From the NCBI GenBank assembly GCA_964016885.1, contig OZ024754.1, positions 35,774,001-35,838,000 on the forward strand: a stretch of 64,000 nucleotides of DNA. The letters run 5' to 3'. Source of the stretch: Eledone cirrhosa. Lineage: Eukaryota. The notes under the pieces were generated by a model. That model did no database searches and had not been told where the DNA came from. It was given only the letters and a program-made list of their open reading frames with translations. Positions 53,082 through 61,715 of the stretch are shown one piece after another; positions within the stretch are counted from its first letter, which is position 1, and each line of letters opens with the position of its first letter. A program made the translations under genes and the position numbers.

Positions 53082-56000
53082 CCCCCCCCCCATGCCAGAG
53101 ACGAAATGTATAATAATGAAAAGTATTGTGTACACCAGGCATGTCAAACATGTGGTCTGCGGGCCACATGTGGCCCTTTACAAGCACACATGTGGCCCGC
53201 ACAAAGGTTTTACAGTGCAAGCATGTTTTATCTTGGTTAAATTTGTTGTAATGTGCGCAATTAGTTGTCATATGTGGCCCTCAGGTAACACATATGTAAC
53301 CCATGTCGCCCTCGGGGGGAGGGGGAGACACTCAGTTTGACATGCCTGGTGTACACTGCTCAGGTAAGACATCCCTCGGGGGGGAGGAGACACTCAGTTT
53401 GACATGCCTGGTGTACACTGCTCAGGTAAGACATCCCTCGGGGGGGGAGACATGCCTGGTGTACACTGCTCAGGTAAGACATCCCTCGGGGGGGGAGACA
53501 CTCAGTTTGACATGCCTGGTGTACACTGCTCAGGTAAGACATCCCTCGGGGGGGGAGACATGCCTGGTGTACACTGCTCAGGTAAGACATCCCTCGGGGG
53601 GGGAGACACTCAGTTTGACATGCCTGGTGTACACTGCTCAGGTAAGACATCCCTCGGGGGGGGGGAGACACTCAGTTTGACATGCCTGGTGTACACTGCT
53701 CAGGTAAGACATCCCTCAGGGGGGGGGAGACACTCAGTTTGACATGCCTGGTGTACACTGCTCAGGTAAGACATCCCTCGGGGGGGGAGACATGCCTGGT
53801 GTACACTGCTCAGGTAAGACATCCCTCGGGGGGGGAGACACTCAGTTTGACATGCCTGGTGTACACTGCTCAGGTAAGACATCCCTCGGGGGGGGAGACA
53901 TGCCTGGTGTACACTGCTCAGGTAAGACATCCCTCGGGGGGGGAGACACTCAGTTTGACATGCCTGGTGTACACTGCTCAGGTAAGACATCCCTCGGGGG
54001 GGGGAGACACTCAGTTTGACATGCCTGGTGTACACTGCTCAGGTAAGACATCCCTCAGGGGGGGGGAGACACTCAGTTTGACATGCCTGGTGTACACTGC
54101 TCAGGTAAGACATCCCTCAGGGGGGGGGAGACACTCAGTTCGACATGCCTGGTGTACACTGCTCAGGTAAGACATCCCTCGGGGGGGAGACACTCAGTTT
54201 GACATGCCTGGTGTACACTGCTCAGGTAAGACATGCTCTCCTGACCAGTCTTGTATCAGTCTCTGACACAACCAGTTCATCATATGCCAGCATAGTCATC
54301 ATCATCATCATCAGTTAACAACTATTTTTCCATGCTTGCATGAGTTAGATGGGTCATCCACACTATGAGACAAGTCTGGCCACTTGGCCGTGCTGCATCT
54401 TGCTCAAATGGAATTGTATTTTGGCCAGGATTTTTACAGCTGGATGCCCTTCCTGACAATAGATATAAAGAGATGATGAAATAAGTGTTCTTGTGATTAC
54501 GTCAGGCATGTCAAACTGAGGGTCTCCCAAGGGCCACAAAGGTCACATGTTGTCTGAGGGCCACACACAACAACTAATTGTGCACATTACAACTAATTTT
54601 TTAAAATTTTATATTACGAAGATAAAACATGCTCGCACTGTAAAGGGCCTCATGTAGCCTGCGGGTCCCATGTTTGACATGCTGGCTTATAATAATGATA
54701 ATGAAATTATTGTGTACAGTGCTCAGGTGCACTACAACTCATCAAAGGTGCATGTATAGTACATAGAATAATGTACAAATGTCAGGAAAATGAACAGTGT
54801 ATGAGTCATGATATAATAATAATAACAATAATAATAATGAAATATTGTGTACAGTGCCCAAGTGCATGTACAGTGCATAGGGCAATGCACAAACATCAGG
54901 AAAATGAACAGTGCACGAGTCATGATACACACGTGTGCATGTGTATGGAAGGGGTACATCAGGTGTAGTTTTGGCGTATTTCGGGAAGTATGAGTGTCTT
55001 AAAGGATGCAGTGTCTCGGCAGCTAACAACTGACGCAGGCAGTTTGTTCCATGCTTCCGCAACTCTGAGCGTGAAAAAATGTCTACGAAAGTCATGTGTA
55101 TGTATATATATGTGTGTGTTTGTGAATGTACAGGTATATCAGTATATGTCTAATTAGTTTTTCACCTTCTCTTCTATACTTTGTTTTCTCTGTGAGAGCA
55201 GATGAGAACTCCCAGCAAGATATGTTTCACCATGAATCAGAGAACGAGGAAAATGAAGAAGAGGAAGGAGATGATCTGAAGTGGAGAGTTGAGCGACACA
55301 ACCGAGAAAAATGGCTGGCTGAAAATGCGGTGAGTTTGCTTAATTTTTTTGTCCTTTCCAGTCATGACCACCATGTCATTTATTCAGATATGGAGGAAGG
55401 AAGGCACTCCGCCGGTTACGACAGTGAGTGTTCCAGTTGATACAATCAATGGAACAGCCTGCTCATGAAATTAATGTGCAAGTGGCTGAGCATTCCACAG
55501 GCAGACATACACTTACTGCAGTTCTCAGGGAGATTCAGCATGACACAGAATATGACAAGGCTGGCCCTTTGAATTACAGGCATAACTCAATTTTGCCAGC
55601 TGAATGAACTGGAGCAACGTGAAATAAAGTATCTTGCTCAAGGACACAATGCATTGCTGGGAATCGAACTCACGAACTTACAATTGTGAGCCGAATACCT
55701 TAACTACAAAGCCACCTGCCTTTAAATAGCCCTGACGGAAACTTAGGTGGTCACTTAACCTGCCAGAAATAGAAGGCAAATCTACCTCGTATGACACCCA
55801 GAGTCCTCTTTGTTGCAAGTATTCTGACGAAAGCCCCAGTTTAAGGTAATTATTTAGCTTCCTGACTAAACAGTAAAACAAAACTTATTGTTTAGTTCTA
55901 GGTCAGCCCTGATCAAACAGGTTTATGATGAAACCCCTTCCAAACATGGCTATCCCATATTTCTTTTAGGTACTATATTCCTTGCACTGCATCATCCAAT

Positions 56001-59000
56001 GTGTCCTTTTATTTATTTATATTTTGTATGCTGGTAAGGTGAGATTTCGCGGTTATTTCTAGCCAGTCAAATAGCCTTGTATATCCCTCATTAACTTGTT
56101 GCAATTGTTTGTCAATAATTTAATCCTCATCTCTTTGTTTTATTCTGGCAGCCTGAAAAAACTGAAACAGATTCCCAGTTCCTTAAATTTGGTCAAGCGT
56201 TTTTTAAACAGAAAGGTAATGATAATAATGATTTCTAGTATAGGCACAAGGCCAGTAATTTTGGGGAGGGGAAAGTCGATTAAATCGACCCCATTGTGTG
56301 ACTTACTTTATTTTATCAACCCCGTAAGGATGAAAGGCAAAGGAAACTCTGCGGGATTTGAGTTCAGACAATAAAGGGGCATAACTCTATGCTGGAAAGC
56401 ATGACGTCCGACCCTCTACTGATACTGCCAATCCACAAGGACAACAATTTTGGGGAAGAGAAAGATGATTAAATTGACCCCAGTATGTTACTGGCTCTTT
56501 ATCAACCTCATTGTTTATTTCCAGAGACTATGTTGAAAAATAAATCTCATTTGGTCATTCCATGAAAGTATCTTGGTCAGCATATGAACTTTTCAGCTGA
56601 CCCTCATATGTACAACATAGAGAAAATAACAGTATTGGGTTCTGTATACATATTACATAGAGTATGTCATGATTTAGAAATATGTAGAATACAGAGAAAA
56701 TAGCACTAGTAGGTGCTGTACATATAATATATCAAGTTCTTTCAACACCATAAAAACAACACTGTACATAGCCAAGGTGTTACTAGAGGTGAATGTATTA
56801 GAGAACAGATTTCACATAATGTGGATTGATAGATAGAGGCAGGTGGTCAGGAAAGATGTGGGAGTTTGTAGGATTGAATTAAAGGGGTCTGAAGTTTTGG
56901 GTAATATCTGCAACAAATTGTACTTTTTATACCCTCTTTAAATCTTTAGGATTTACATTACCCTACACATACTATTGTATTTTTATGGTAAAGGCTTTAT
57001 CTTACATAATTATCTTGCATAATATCGATTCTATAAGATTTTGATGTTATTTATTTTGAGAATAATACCTTAACCACAGTATAAGCAGCCAGTTATGGCC
57101 GGTTTCAACAGAGAGATGAGAGAATTCTGGCCGGATATGGTTGGTTTAAATGCTAAAGGGTTAAGTGTGCGTATATATATCATCATCATCATTATCATTT
57201 AACATCCACTTTCCCTGCTAGCAAGGGTTGGACATGTCTATAGAGACCAAGTCAGTACTGAAGCGGGGCTACTGACCTCCGAGACAGGCTGAGGGGTCTG
57301 TATCCCGCTTAAGTACTGTTATATTGAGTGCAAAGAAGTTATTTTGTCCTTAGACACAAACTGAATTTATACATATTGGTAAGCTTTCTATGATTGAATG
57401 TCCTTCCTAAAACTAACCACTTTACAGTATGTACTGTGTGCTTTTATTGTGTAGATCAACACTAGGGAGGTTGTTGTGTCCTTGACACAACTAAAAGGTC
57501 TTCCCAACCCTTTGTTTAACAAGCTTTCTATGGCTGGATGATATCATCAGCATCATCACCGTTTTATGTCCATTCTTCCACGCTAGCATGGGTTAGATGG
57601 GTTGACCTGTTGTGGGCAGTGCCCTGTCGCGGCTGACCATGTCTTGCTCATATGGGAACTGATTCTGGCTTGATTTCTACAGTTTGATTTCTATGCCCTT
57701 CCTAACAGCAACCTCATTTACAGTGAGTACTGATATGATATGGTATATGTATTGGTGCCCCAGCATAGCTGCAATCGAATGACTGAAAGCAGTAAAAGAA
57801 AATAAAAGAATCTATATTCATTCCTTTGTCATCTTTGTAGGTCAATTGCTTGATAAACAGCAGAGTGACTCGAAGCTCGTCACCAAAGTTCCTATCAAAA
57901 TAGTCAACAAAAGCAAGGTAAGATATTGTCTCGAAGCATGAAAATTCCATTTTTTATTTTATGTTTTTAGGGGCATTTGAATGTATGTGACCTAGTGCAG
58001 TGGTTCCCAAAGTGGGCTCCTTAGAACCCAAGGGTTCCACAAAGGACTGTCTGGGGTTCTGTGAAAAAAGGTAGAGGGATATATTTATATTACGACCATA
58101 TAACAGTATTAGACTTTGGGGTTACCCCAAAAGTTTCTGAACCAAAAAGTTTGGGAGACTCTGACCTAGTGGTTAGGTTGTTGGACTGATGATCGAATTG
58201 GTCAAGGGTTCAATTCCTTGACCACTTGGGCTTTTGAGCAAAGTACATCTGATAGGTGGTTTGTTGATAACGAAGCTCAGGGCTGTGGATTGGCAGTATC
58301 GCTAGAGAGTCGGACACCATGCTTTGCAGCATGGAGTTATGGCCCTTTGCAGTCTGAGTTCAAATCTTGCCGAGGTTAATTTTTCCTTTCATCCATACGA
58401 GGTTGATAAAATAAAGCACCCCCACTGGGGTCGATTTTAATCGACTTTCCCCTCCCCCCCAAATTACTGGCCTTGTGCCTATAGTAGAACTCATTGTGAT
58501 AAGGAAGCTCAATCCCGTCATAAATAATTGTTTCTACGTTAGGCACAAGGCCAGCAATTACCAGTGCATTACTGGTACTTTATTTTATCGACCCCGTAAG
58601 GATGATAGGCAAAGTTAACCTCAGCGGGATTTGAACTCAGAATGGCAAGGGCCGTAACTCTATGCGCCAAAGCATGGCATCCGACACTCTACCAATACTG
58701 CCAGTGGTATGGTGTGTCTTGCTCAAGAACACATCATGCTGCTTGCTTCGGGAATTGAACGCATAACCTTATGAGTGTGAATATAACACCCTAATCACTA
58801 GGCCATGTGTCTTCACCTGTAGAATATTACCTCAGAAAATGTCTCATCTAGCCCATGCTAGCATGGGAAAAGTATGGTGGTGGTGATGATAGTGGTTTAT
58901 AATGATGGTGGTGGTGGTGATGGTAATGGTGATGGTGGTGGTGATGATAGTGGTTTATAATGATGGTGGTGGTGGTGATGGTAATGGTGATGGTGGTGGT

Positions 59001-59842
59001 GATGATAGTGGTTTATAATGATGGTGATGGTAATGGTGATGGTGGTGGTGATGATAGTGGTTTATAATGATGGTGGTGGTGGTGATGGTAATGGTGATGG
59101 TGGTGGTGATGATAGTGGTTTATAATGATGGTGGTGGTGGTGATGGTAATGGTGATGGTGGTGGTGATGATAGTGGTTTATAATGATGGTGGTGGTGGTG
59201 ATGGTAATGGTGATGGTGGTGGTGATGATAGTGGTTTATAATGATGGTGGTGGTGGTGATGATGATGGTGGTGGTGGTGAGATGATAGTGGTGATGATAA
59301 TAGTGACAATGGTGGTGGTGATGATAGTGGTTTATAATGATGATGGTGATGATGATGATGGTGGTGGTGACAGTGATAGTGGTGGTGAGATGATAGTGGT
59401 GATGGTGGTGATGATGATAGTGACAATGGTGGTGCTGATGGTGGTGGTATTGATAATAGTGACAATGGCGGTGGTGATGATAGTGGTTTATAATGATGGT
59501 GGTGGTGGTGACAGTGATAGTGGTGGTGGTGGTGATGAAGGTGGTGATGGTGGTGGTGGTGAGATGATAGTGGTGATGGTGGTGATGATAGTGACAATGG
59601 TGGTGATGAAGACAATGGTGAAGGTGGTGAAGATGATGGTGGTGGTGGTGGTGGTGGTATAATGTTGTTATTTATTTTCCCAGAGTTTAACCAAGAAGGG
59701 TTCGTTCCTCAGCCGAAGCAATGATAGCCTGGCCAAAATTGCGGAACTGACCAAAGCTGTGGCTAATCCTACCATAGCTAATAAAGCCAATGGCCGTAGC
59801 TTTCTTTTCTCTGTGGTCACACCTGAAGTAGCTTCAACACCT
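17951..59842 (+). CDS. CLSPN: Claspin (replication checkpoint mediator, Mrc1 family), 27 coding exons, 3' end not reached
   Basis: Manual GT-AG exon chain with continuous phase, 4134 nt in total. Motifs match vertebrate Claspin as I recall it: [124 protein letters not shown]. Confidence 0.93.
18688..18860. mobile_element. Fold-back mini-element family 1 (Penelope-like terminus)
   Basis: Inverted arms TTAATATAGAAATGGCTTCTACAGGACTAGAACTGTTT / AAACAGTTCTAGTCCTGTAGAAGCCATTTCTATATTAA plus a unique tail, next to (TA)n. Confidence 0.65.
19002..19184. mobile_element. Fold-back mini-element family 1, second copy
   Basis: Hairpin 19002-19118 with the same tail; flanked by TA tracts. Confidence 0.65.
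19017..19063 (-). ncRNA. Type I hammerhead ribozyme motif
   Basis: Minus strand reads TTTC-CTGATGA-T-TTC(TCCC)GAA-T-GAA-ACAG(TTCTAGTC)CTGT-A-GAAG: full core, stems I, II and III, GUA cleavage triplet; first stem II pair mismatched. Confidence 0.7.
19645..20110 (+). mobile_element. Decayed CRE-like non-LTR retrotransposon 3' fragment (restriction-like endonuclease domain)
   Basis: Across frameshifts: [64 protein letters not shown]. Confidence 0.8.
20405..20510 (+). CDS. CLSPN: Claspin exon 2 ([35 protein letters not shown])
   Basis: ttttttccag acceptor, G|gtcagt donor, DSG degron-like motif, phase 0->1. Confidence 0.8.
20626..20815 (-). mobile_element. RTE LINE 3' end with (TGA)n tail; another copy at 39360-39500 (+)
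   Basis: [39 protein letters not shown]. Confidence 0.8.
21170..21340 (+). mobile_element. RTE LINE 3' end, different subfamily
   Basis: [32 protein letters not shown]; fragment on - strand at 31325-31390. Confidence 0.65.
22614..22663 (+). CDS. CLSPN: Claspin exon 3 ([17 protein letters not shown])
   Basis: tttttttgtag acceptor, CAG|gtaaat donor, phase 1->0. Confidence 0.75.
23736..23910 (+). CDS. CLSPN: Claspin exon 4 ([18 protein letters not shown])
   Basis: ttttacttag acceptor, G|gtaata donor, phase 0->1 needed to join exons 3 and 5. Confidence 0.75.
24726..24832 (+). CDS. CLSPN: Claspin exon 5 ([20 protein letters not shown])
   Basis: ttctcccag acceptor, AAG|gtgaga donor, phase 1->0. 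Confidence 0.8.
24930..25212 (-). mobile_element. SINE family E
   Basis: tRNA/CORE-like head on - strand followed by a CCCCCTGGACAGGATGCCAGTCC segment. Confidence 0.6.
25325..25750. repeat. (ACC/ACT/AAC) compound trinucleotide tract
   Basis: Directly visible. Confidence 0.9.
26018..26060 (+). CDS. CLSPN: Claspin exon 6 ([14 protein letters not shown])
   Basis: Acceptor ttgtaag, strong G|gtaagt donor, phase 0->1 joins exons 5 and 7. Confidence 0.65.
26173..26354 (+). mobile_element. tRNA-derived SINE family A (representative; many copies and fragments, e.g. 6345-6525, 12897-13085, 24020-24215, 26455-26640, 38915-39100, 41113-41298, 43925-44660, 58283-58705, 63137-64000)
   Basis: A box TGGCAGTATCGG, B box GAGTTCAAATCC, central GCCTTTCATCCTTACGGGGTCGATAAAATAAAGTACC; 19-bp TSD AGTATTTCTCATTTATAGA at 26154 and 26354. 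Confidence 0.9.
27634..27794 (+). CDS. CLSPN: Claspin exon 7 ([17 protein letters not shown])
   Basis: gttttag acceptor, AAG|gtatct donor, phase 1->0. Confidence 0.8.
27843..28242. repeat. ~58-60 bp minisatellite, ~7 copies
   Basis: TATTCTTGAGTATTA(C/T/A)ACTACC..AAATACAAGAATA. Confidence 0.92.
28752..29096 (+). mobile_element. tRNA-derived CORE-like SINE family B with RTE-type tail (copies 21785-22130, 37385-37730, 42995-43335, 47119-47445 on - strand; head at 5108-5250)
   Basis: TGGCTTAGTGG A box, GAGTTCAATTC B box, CCTTGAGCAAGACACTT CORE-like segment, tail ending (TGA)n. Confidence 0.88.
29515..29611 (+). CDS. CLSPN: Claspin exon 8 ([32 protein letters not shown])
   Basis: Conserved LHSETQRL motif; tttgtcag acceptor, C|gtatgt donor. 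Confidence 0.92.
29686..29901. mobile_element. piggyBac-like MITE (copies 30778-30970, 45902-46250, 48780-48980, 52032-52260, 52590-52745, 56935-57164)
   Basis: TTAA-CCCTTTAGCATTTA ... TAAATG(C/T)TAAAGGG-TTAA. Confidence 0.85.
30421..30544 (+). CDS. CLSPN: Claspin exon 9 ([26 protein letters not shown]..)
   Basis: Continues the conserved block (PYH..DF); ttacag acceptor, CT|gtaagt donor, phase 1->2. Confidence 0.9.
31862..32989 (+). CDS. CLSPN: Claspin exon 10 (large 1128-nt exon)
   Basis: Lies within the 380-aa ORF 31851-32993; gacag acceptor, AG|gtaaat donor; [18 protein letters not shown] motif. Confidence 0.9.
33056..33957. mobile_element. hAT (Buster-type) MITE with internal 22-bp minisatellite
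   Basis: TIR CAGGCATGTCAAAC, perfect 8-bp TSD GTTTAAAG. Confidence 0.9.
34068..34108 (-). ncRNA. Minimal hammerhead-like motif (C3U variant)
   Basis: GACTT-TTGATGA-A-GGGA(ACTTA)TCCC-GAAA-TATA-TC-AGGAC, palindromic minimal stem III. Confidence 0.5.
34407..34525 (+). CDS. CLSPN: Claspin exon 11 ([14 protein letters not shown])
   Basis: ttgcag acceptor, G|gtagtt donor, phase 2->1. Confidence 0.85.
34658..34920 (+). CDS. CLSPN: Claspin exon 12 ([36 protein letters not shown]..)
   Basis: Conserved coiled-coil block; cccag acceptor, CCT|gtgagt donor. Confidence 0.92.
34975..35175. repeat. 20-bp minisatellite
   Basis: TAACCTTCATCAG(C/T)CCTAAT. Confidence 0.92.
35725..36075. mobile_element. Three tandem partial copies of family 1 separated by TA tracts
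   Basis: AATATAGAAATGGCTTCTACAGGACTAGAACTGTTTCGTTTGAAGAAAATCA occurs three times; the last copy carries the tail. Confidence 0.65.
35952..35998 (-). ncRNA. Type I hammerhead ribozyme motif (same family as 19017-19063)
   Basis: TTTC-CTGATGA-T-TTT(CTTC)AAA-C-GAA-ACAG..CTGT-A-GAAG; compensatory C-G to T-A change in stem II relative to the 19 kb copy. Confidence 0.7.
36507..36726 (+). CDS. CLSPN: Claspin exon 13 ([12 protein letters not shown]..)
   Basis: tttttag acceptor, G|gtaagt donor, acidic, phase 0->1. Confidence 0.85.
36758..37010. repeat. GC-rich 20-bp minisatellite
   Basis: CTGG(C/T)GTCCCCCTGCCGACC, degenerate at both edges. Confidence 0.85.
38123..38260 (+). CDS. CLSPN: Claspin exon 14 ([18 protein letters not shown]..)
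   Basis: ttttag acceptor, G|gtaagt donor, phase 1->1. Confidence 0.8.
40050..40087 (+). CDS. CLSPN: Claspin exon 15 ([13 protein letters not shown])
   Basis: ttttag acceptor, GAC|gtaagg donor, phase 1->0. Confidence 0.72.
40837..41015. mobile_element. hAT MITE, same family
   Basis: TIRs present, 8-bp TSD TTTTAGAG. Confidence 0.85.
41630..41778 (+). CDS. CLSPN: Claspin exon 16 ([26 protein letters not shown])
   Basis: ttgtag acceptor, GG|gttagt donor; ESQD and LDxxGFL (junction) motifs. Confidence 0.85.
41839..42050 (+). mobile_element. SINE family C (CORE-like head, different 3' part; copies 43357-43560, 35187-35408, 5845-6020)
   Basis: tRNA-like head plus GATAGATAGTATTAGCAATTGGAAAGACC..CATTTGACGA tail. 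Confidence 0.8.
42782..42906 (+). CDS. CLSPN: Claspin exon 17 with Chk1-binding motif ([14 protein letters not shown])
   Basis: LC(S/T)GxF motif; ctttcag acceptor, G|gtaatt donor. Confidence 0.92.
43649..43724 (+). CDS. CLSPN: Claspin exon 18 ([25 protein letters not shown])
   Basis: attcag acceptor, AG|gtaaac donor, phase 1->2. Confidence 0.75.
44905..45335. repeat. 23-bp minisatellite
   Basis: CACAGAAACAGGGTGATA(A/T)TGTA. Confidence 0.92.
45420..45546 (+). CDS. CLSPN: Claspin exon 19 ([19 protein letters not shown])
   Basis: Long pyrimidine tract ending ctttag, AAG|gtaatc donor, phase 2->0. Confidence 0.8.
46236..46700. repeat. ~93-bp tandem array derived from a piggyBac MITE end
   Basis: AATGCTAAAGGGTTAATGTCAGTATAAGGAGCTGGTTATGGCC.. 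five times. Confidence 0.9.
46792..46931 (+). CDS. CLSPN: Claspin exon 20 ([21 protein letters not shown])
   Basis: ttacag acceptor, AA|gtatga donor, phase 0->2. Confidence 0.8.
47784..47823 (-). ncRNA. Decayed hammerhead motif (second copy at 1536-1578)
   Basis: GTCA-CTGAG-GTCACA(GAATG)TGTGAC-GAAA-GAGC-TT-TGAC; core shortened here and mutated (TTAAGGA) in the 1.5 kb copy. Confidence 0.5.
47964..48007 (+). CDS. CLSPN: Claspin exon 21 ([14 protein letters not shown])
   Basis: Conserved FLEDEAE motif; ttgcag acceptor; donor G|gtcagg chosen by phase. Confidence 0.85.
48471..48609. mobile_element. Tc1/pogo-type MITE (related copy 40180-40360)
   Basis: TA-CCGTATTTCCCG ... CGGGAAATACGG-TA. Confidence 0.8.
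49085..50460. repeat. 34/40-bp C-rich minisatellite
   Basis: CCCCACACCTGCACTTCCACC(TCCACC)ACCAACACACATT. Confidence 0.95.
50498..50627 (+). CDS. CLSPN: Claspin exon 22 ([21 protein letters not shown])
   Basis: Conserved DEELxxQxxxxH; tttacag acceptor, CT|gtaagt donor. Confidence 0.9.
50665..51815. repeat. (GTT/GTG/GAT) trinucleotide tract
   Basis: Directly visible. Confidence 0.95.
52454..52575 (+). CDS. CLSPN: Claspin exon 23 ([40 protein letters not shown])
   Basis: Most conserved Claspin block; tgtag acceptor, G|gtaaga donor. Confidence 0.95.
53136..53348. mobile_element. hAT MITE, same family (another copy, inverted, at 54503-54685)
   Basis: TIRs present, 8-bp TSD GTGTACAC. Confidence 0.88.
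53349..54235. repeat. ~60/48-bp tandem array of hAT MITE end plus TSD plus flank
   Basis: GTTTGACATGCCTG-GTGTACAC-TGCTCAGGTAAGACATCCCTC(G)n repeated. Confidence 0.92.
54690..55095 (-). mobile_element. Rearranged 3' fragment of a CRE-like element (short 3' end also at 63345-63412, + strand)
   Basis: [11 protein letters not shown] resembles FTYINIFSRRDL of the 19.7 kb copy; the tail GTGCACCTGAGCACTGTACACAATAATTTCATTAT is shared with 63.4 kb. Confidence 0.5.
55202..55329 (+). CDS. CLSPN: Claspin exon 24 ([26 protein letters not shown])
   Basis: Conserved WRxERxxRExWL; gcag acceptor, GCG|gtgagt donor. Confidence 0.92.
55400..55720 (-). mobile_element. SINE family D (pieces also at 7600-7690 and 19378-19520)
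   Basis: tRNA/CORE-like head on - strand; shared GAACAGCCTGCTCATGAAATTAA.GTGCAAGTGGCTGAGCATTCCA segment. Confidence 0.7.
56152..56215 (+). CDS. CLSPN: Claspin exon 25 ([21 protein letters not shown])
   Basis: DSQF motif; ctggcag acceptor, G|gtaatg donor. Confidence 0.85.
57841..57917 (+). CDS. CLSPN: Claspin exon 26 ([16 protein letters not shown])
   Basis: ctttgtag acceptor, AAG|gtaaga donor, phase 1->0. Confidence 0.8.
58873..59660. repeat. GGT/GAT tract with 54-bp higher-order unit
   Basis: GATAGTGGTTTATAATGATGGT recurs. Confidence 0.9.
59684..59842 (+). CDS. CLSPN: Claspin exon 27 ([38 protein letters not shown])
   Basis: Conserved GSFL...(N/S)FxF block; ttttcccag acceptor, CCT|gtaagt donor; the gene continues downstream. 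Confidence 0.88.
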
Positions 59843-59887
59843 GTAAGTCAGATTTACATTGTTTTGGGTTTTTTTTTTACCTGTTGT

Positions 59888-60990
59888 ACACACACACACA
59901 CACACACATACACACGTACATACACACAGAAACAGTTGTATGCAAATACGTACATACATATACAGTTGTATACATGGTTGTACACATACACATACATACA
60001 CATACAGTTACACATATATACAGTCGTACACACATACATAGATGATATACACACACAGTCGTACACACATACATATAATTACAAATTTGCTCAAGTACAT
60101 ATACAAACTCTCTCATACATGCCAACATACACAACATGCATACACATACATAACTCATAACACATACACATCCCATAACACACACAACACATCCACGACA
60201 CAATGCGCAGATAACACACACACACACCATGCATAACACGCAACACATACACGTTACAACACACACACACACACACACACGTCACATAACACAATGTCAC
60301 ATAACACATACCATACACACACACACAACACAAATACACCATAACACACACACATACCACACACTCCACACCACACACACACACCACACAACCAACACAC
60401 ACACACATAACACATCACAACCAACACACACCACAACACACAACCAACACACACACATAACACATCACAACCAACACACATCACAACCAACACACATCAC
60501 AACCAACACACATCACAACCAACACACATCACAACCAACACACATCACAACCAACACACATCACAACCAACACATCACAACCAACACACATCACAACCAA
60601 CACACATCACAACCAACACACATCACAACCAACACACATCACAACCAACACACATCACAACCAACACACATCACAACCAACACACATCACAACCAACACA
60701 CATCACAACCAACACACATCACAACCAACACACATCACAACCAACACACATCACAACCAACACACATCACAACCAACACACATCACAACCAACACATCAC
60801 AACCAACACACACATCACAACCAACACACACATCACAACCAACACACATCACAACCAACACACAACCAACACACACTACAACACACAACCAACACACACA
60901 CACACACATAACACATCACAACCAACACATCACAACCAACACATCACAACCAACACACACACATAACCCATCACAACCAACACACACCAC
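59888..60990. repeat. CA-rich tract with 17-bp unit
   Basis: ACATCACAACCAACAC(AC) repeats. Confidence 0.9.
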
Positions 60991-61241
60991 ATAGATATTA
61001 CCATAAAAAATTCAATTTTTAAGAGAATCTGCAAATTATTCAGGTTTTCCGAAGTCCACTGAACATCAAGGCATTGGTTGGAATGGTAAGCTAGAAAGAC
61101 ATATCTTGTAACAATGTTCAGTTAGTTAACTTAACTCACCAATATTTTTATTGTTTTTTTTTATTAATGTTTTAACAGTTCATTTTTAACTCTTTAAGTA
61201 CCAGTTACATTTTGGGGGTATTTTACTGCCCCTGGTCAGGT

Positions 61242-61272
<31 letters not shown>

Positions 61273-61715
61273 CCGTTTTACGTCCGTTCTTCCACGCTAG
61301 CATGGGTTAGACGGGTTGTCCTGTTGTGGGCAGTGTCTGGTCGGCTGACCATGCCTTGCTCATACAGGAACTGATTTGGCTTGATTTCTACAGCTGGATG
61401 CCCTTCCTAACACCAACCTCATTTACAGTGTGGGCTGGGTGCTTTTTCGTGGCACCTACACGTCCACTTTACAGTGTGGGCTGGGTGCTTTTTTGCCGTG
61501 GCACCTCCACGACCACCTTTTACATGTTAATTTTTGCATTTTTAAAAAAAAGTCAGTGAAAGGGAGGTTCTTTGATGAAATTTGCTTTTGTATCGTGTAT
61601 ATTCTGTAAGTTAACGGTTCTTAAGATAGGTAGCCAGTCATAGAAAACTTACCAAATATTGACATGGGTACAATAATCTACTTAGTACTGGTGTCACCAT
61701 AAAATGCATCCGGTA

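Noticed and set aside
61044-61085. Possible Claspin exon 28 (VFRSPLNIKALVGM; cag..gtaagc, phase 0-0)
   Set aside because: Weak pyrimidine tract and no recognisable homology; it needs RNA-seq.
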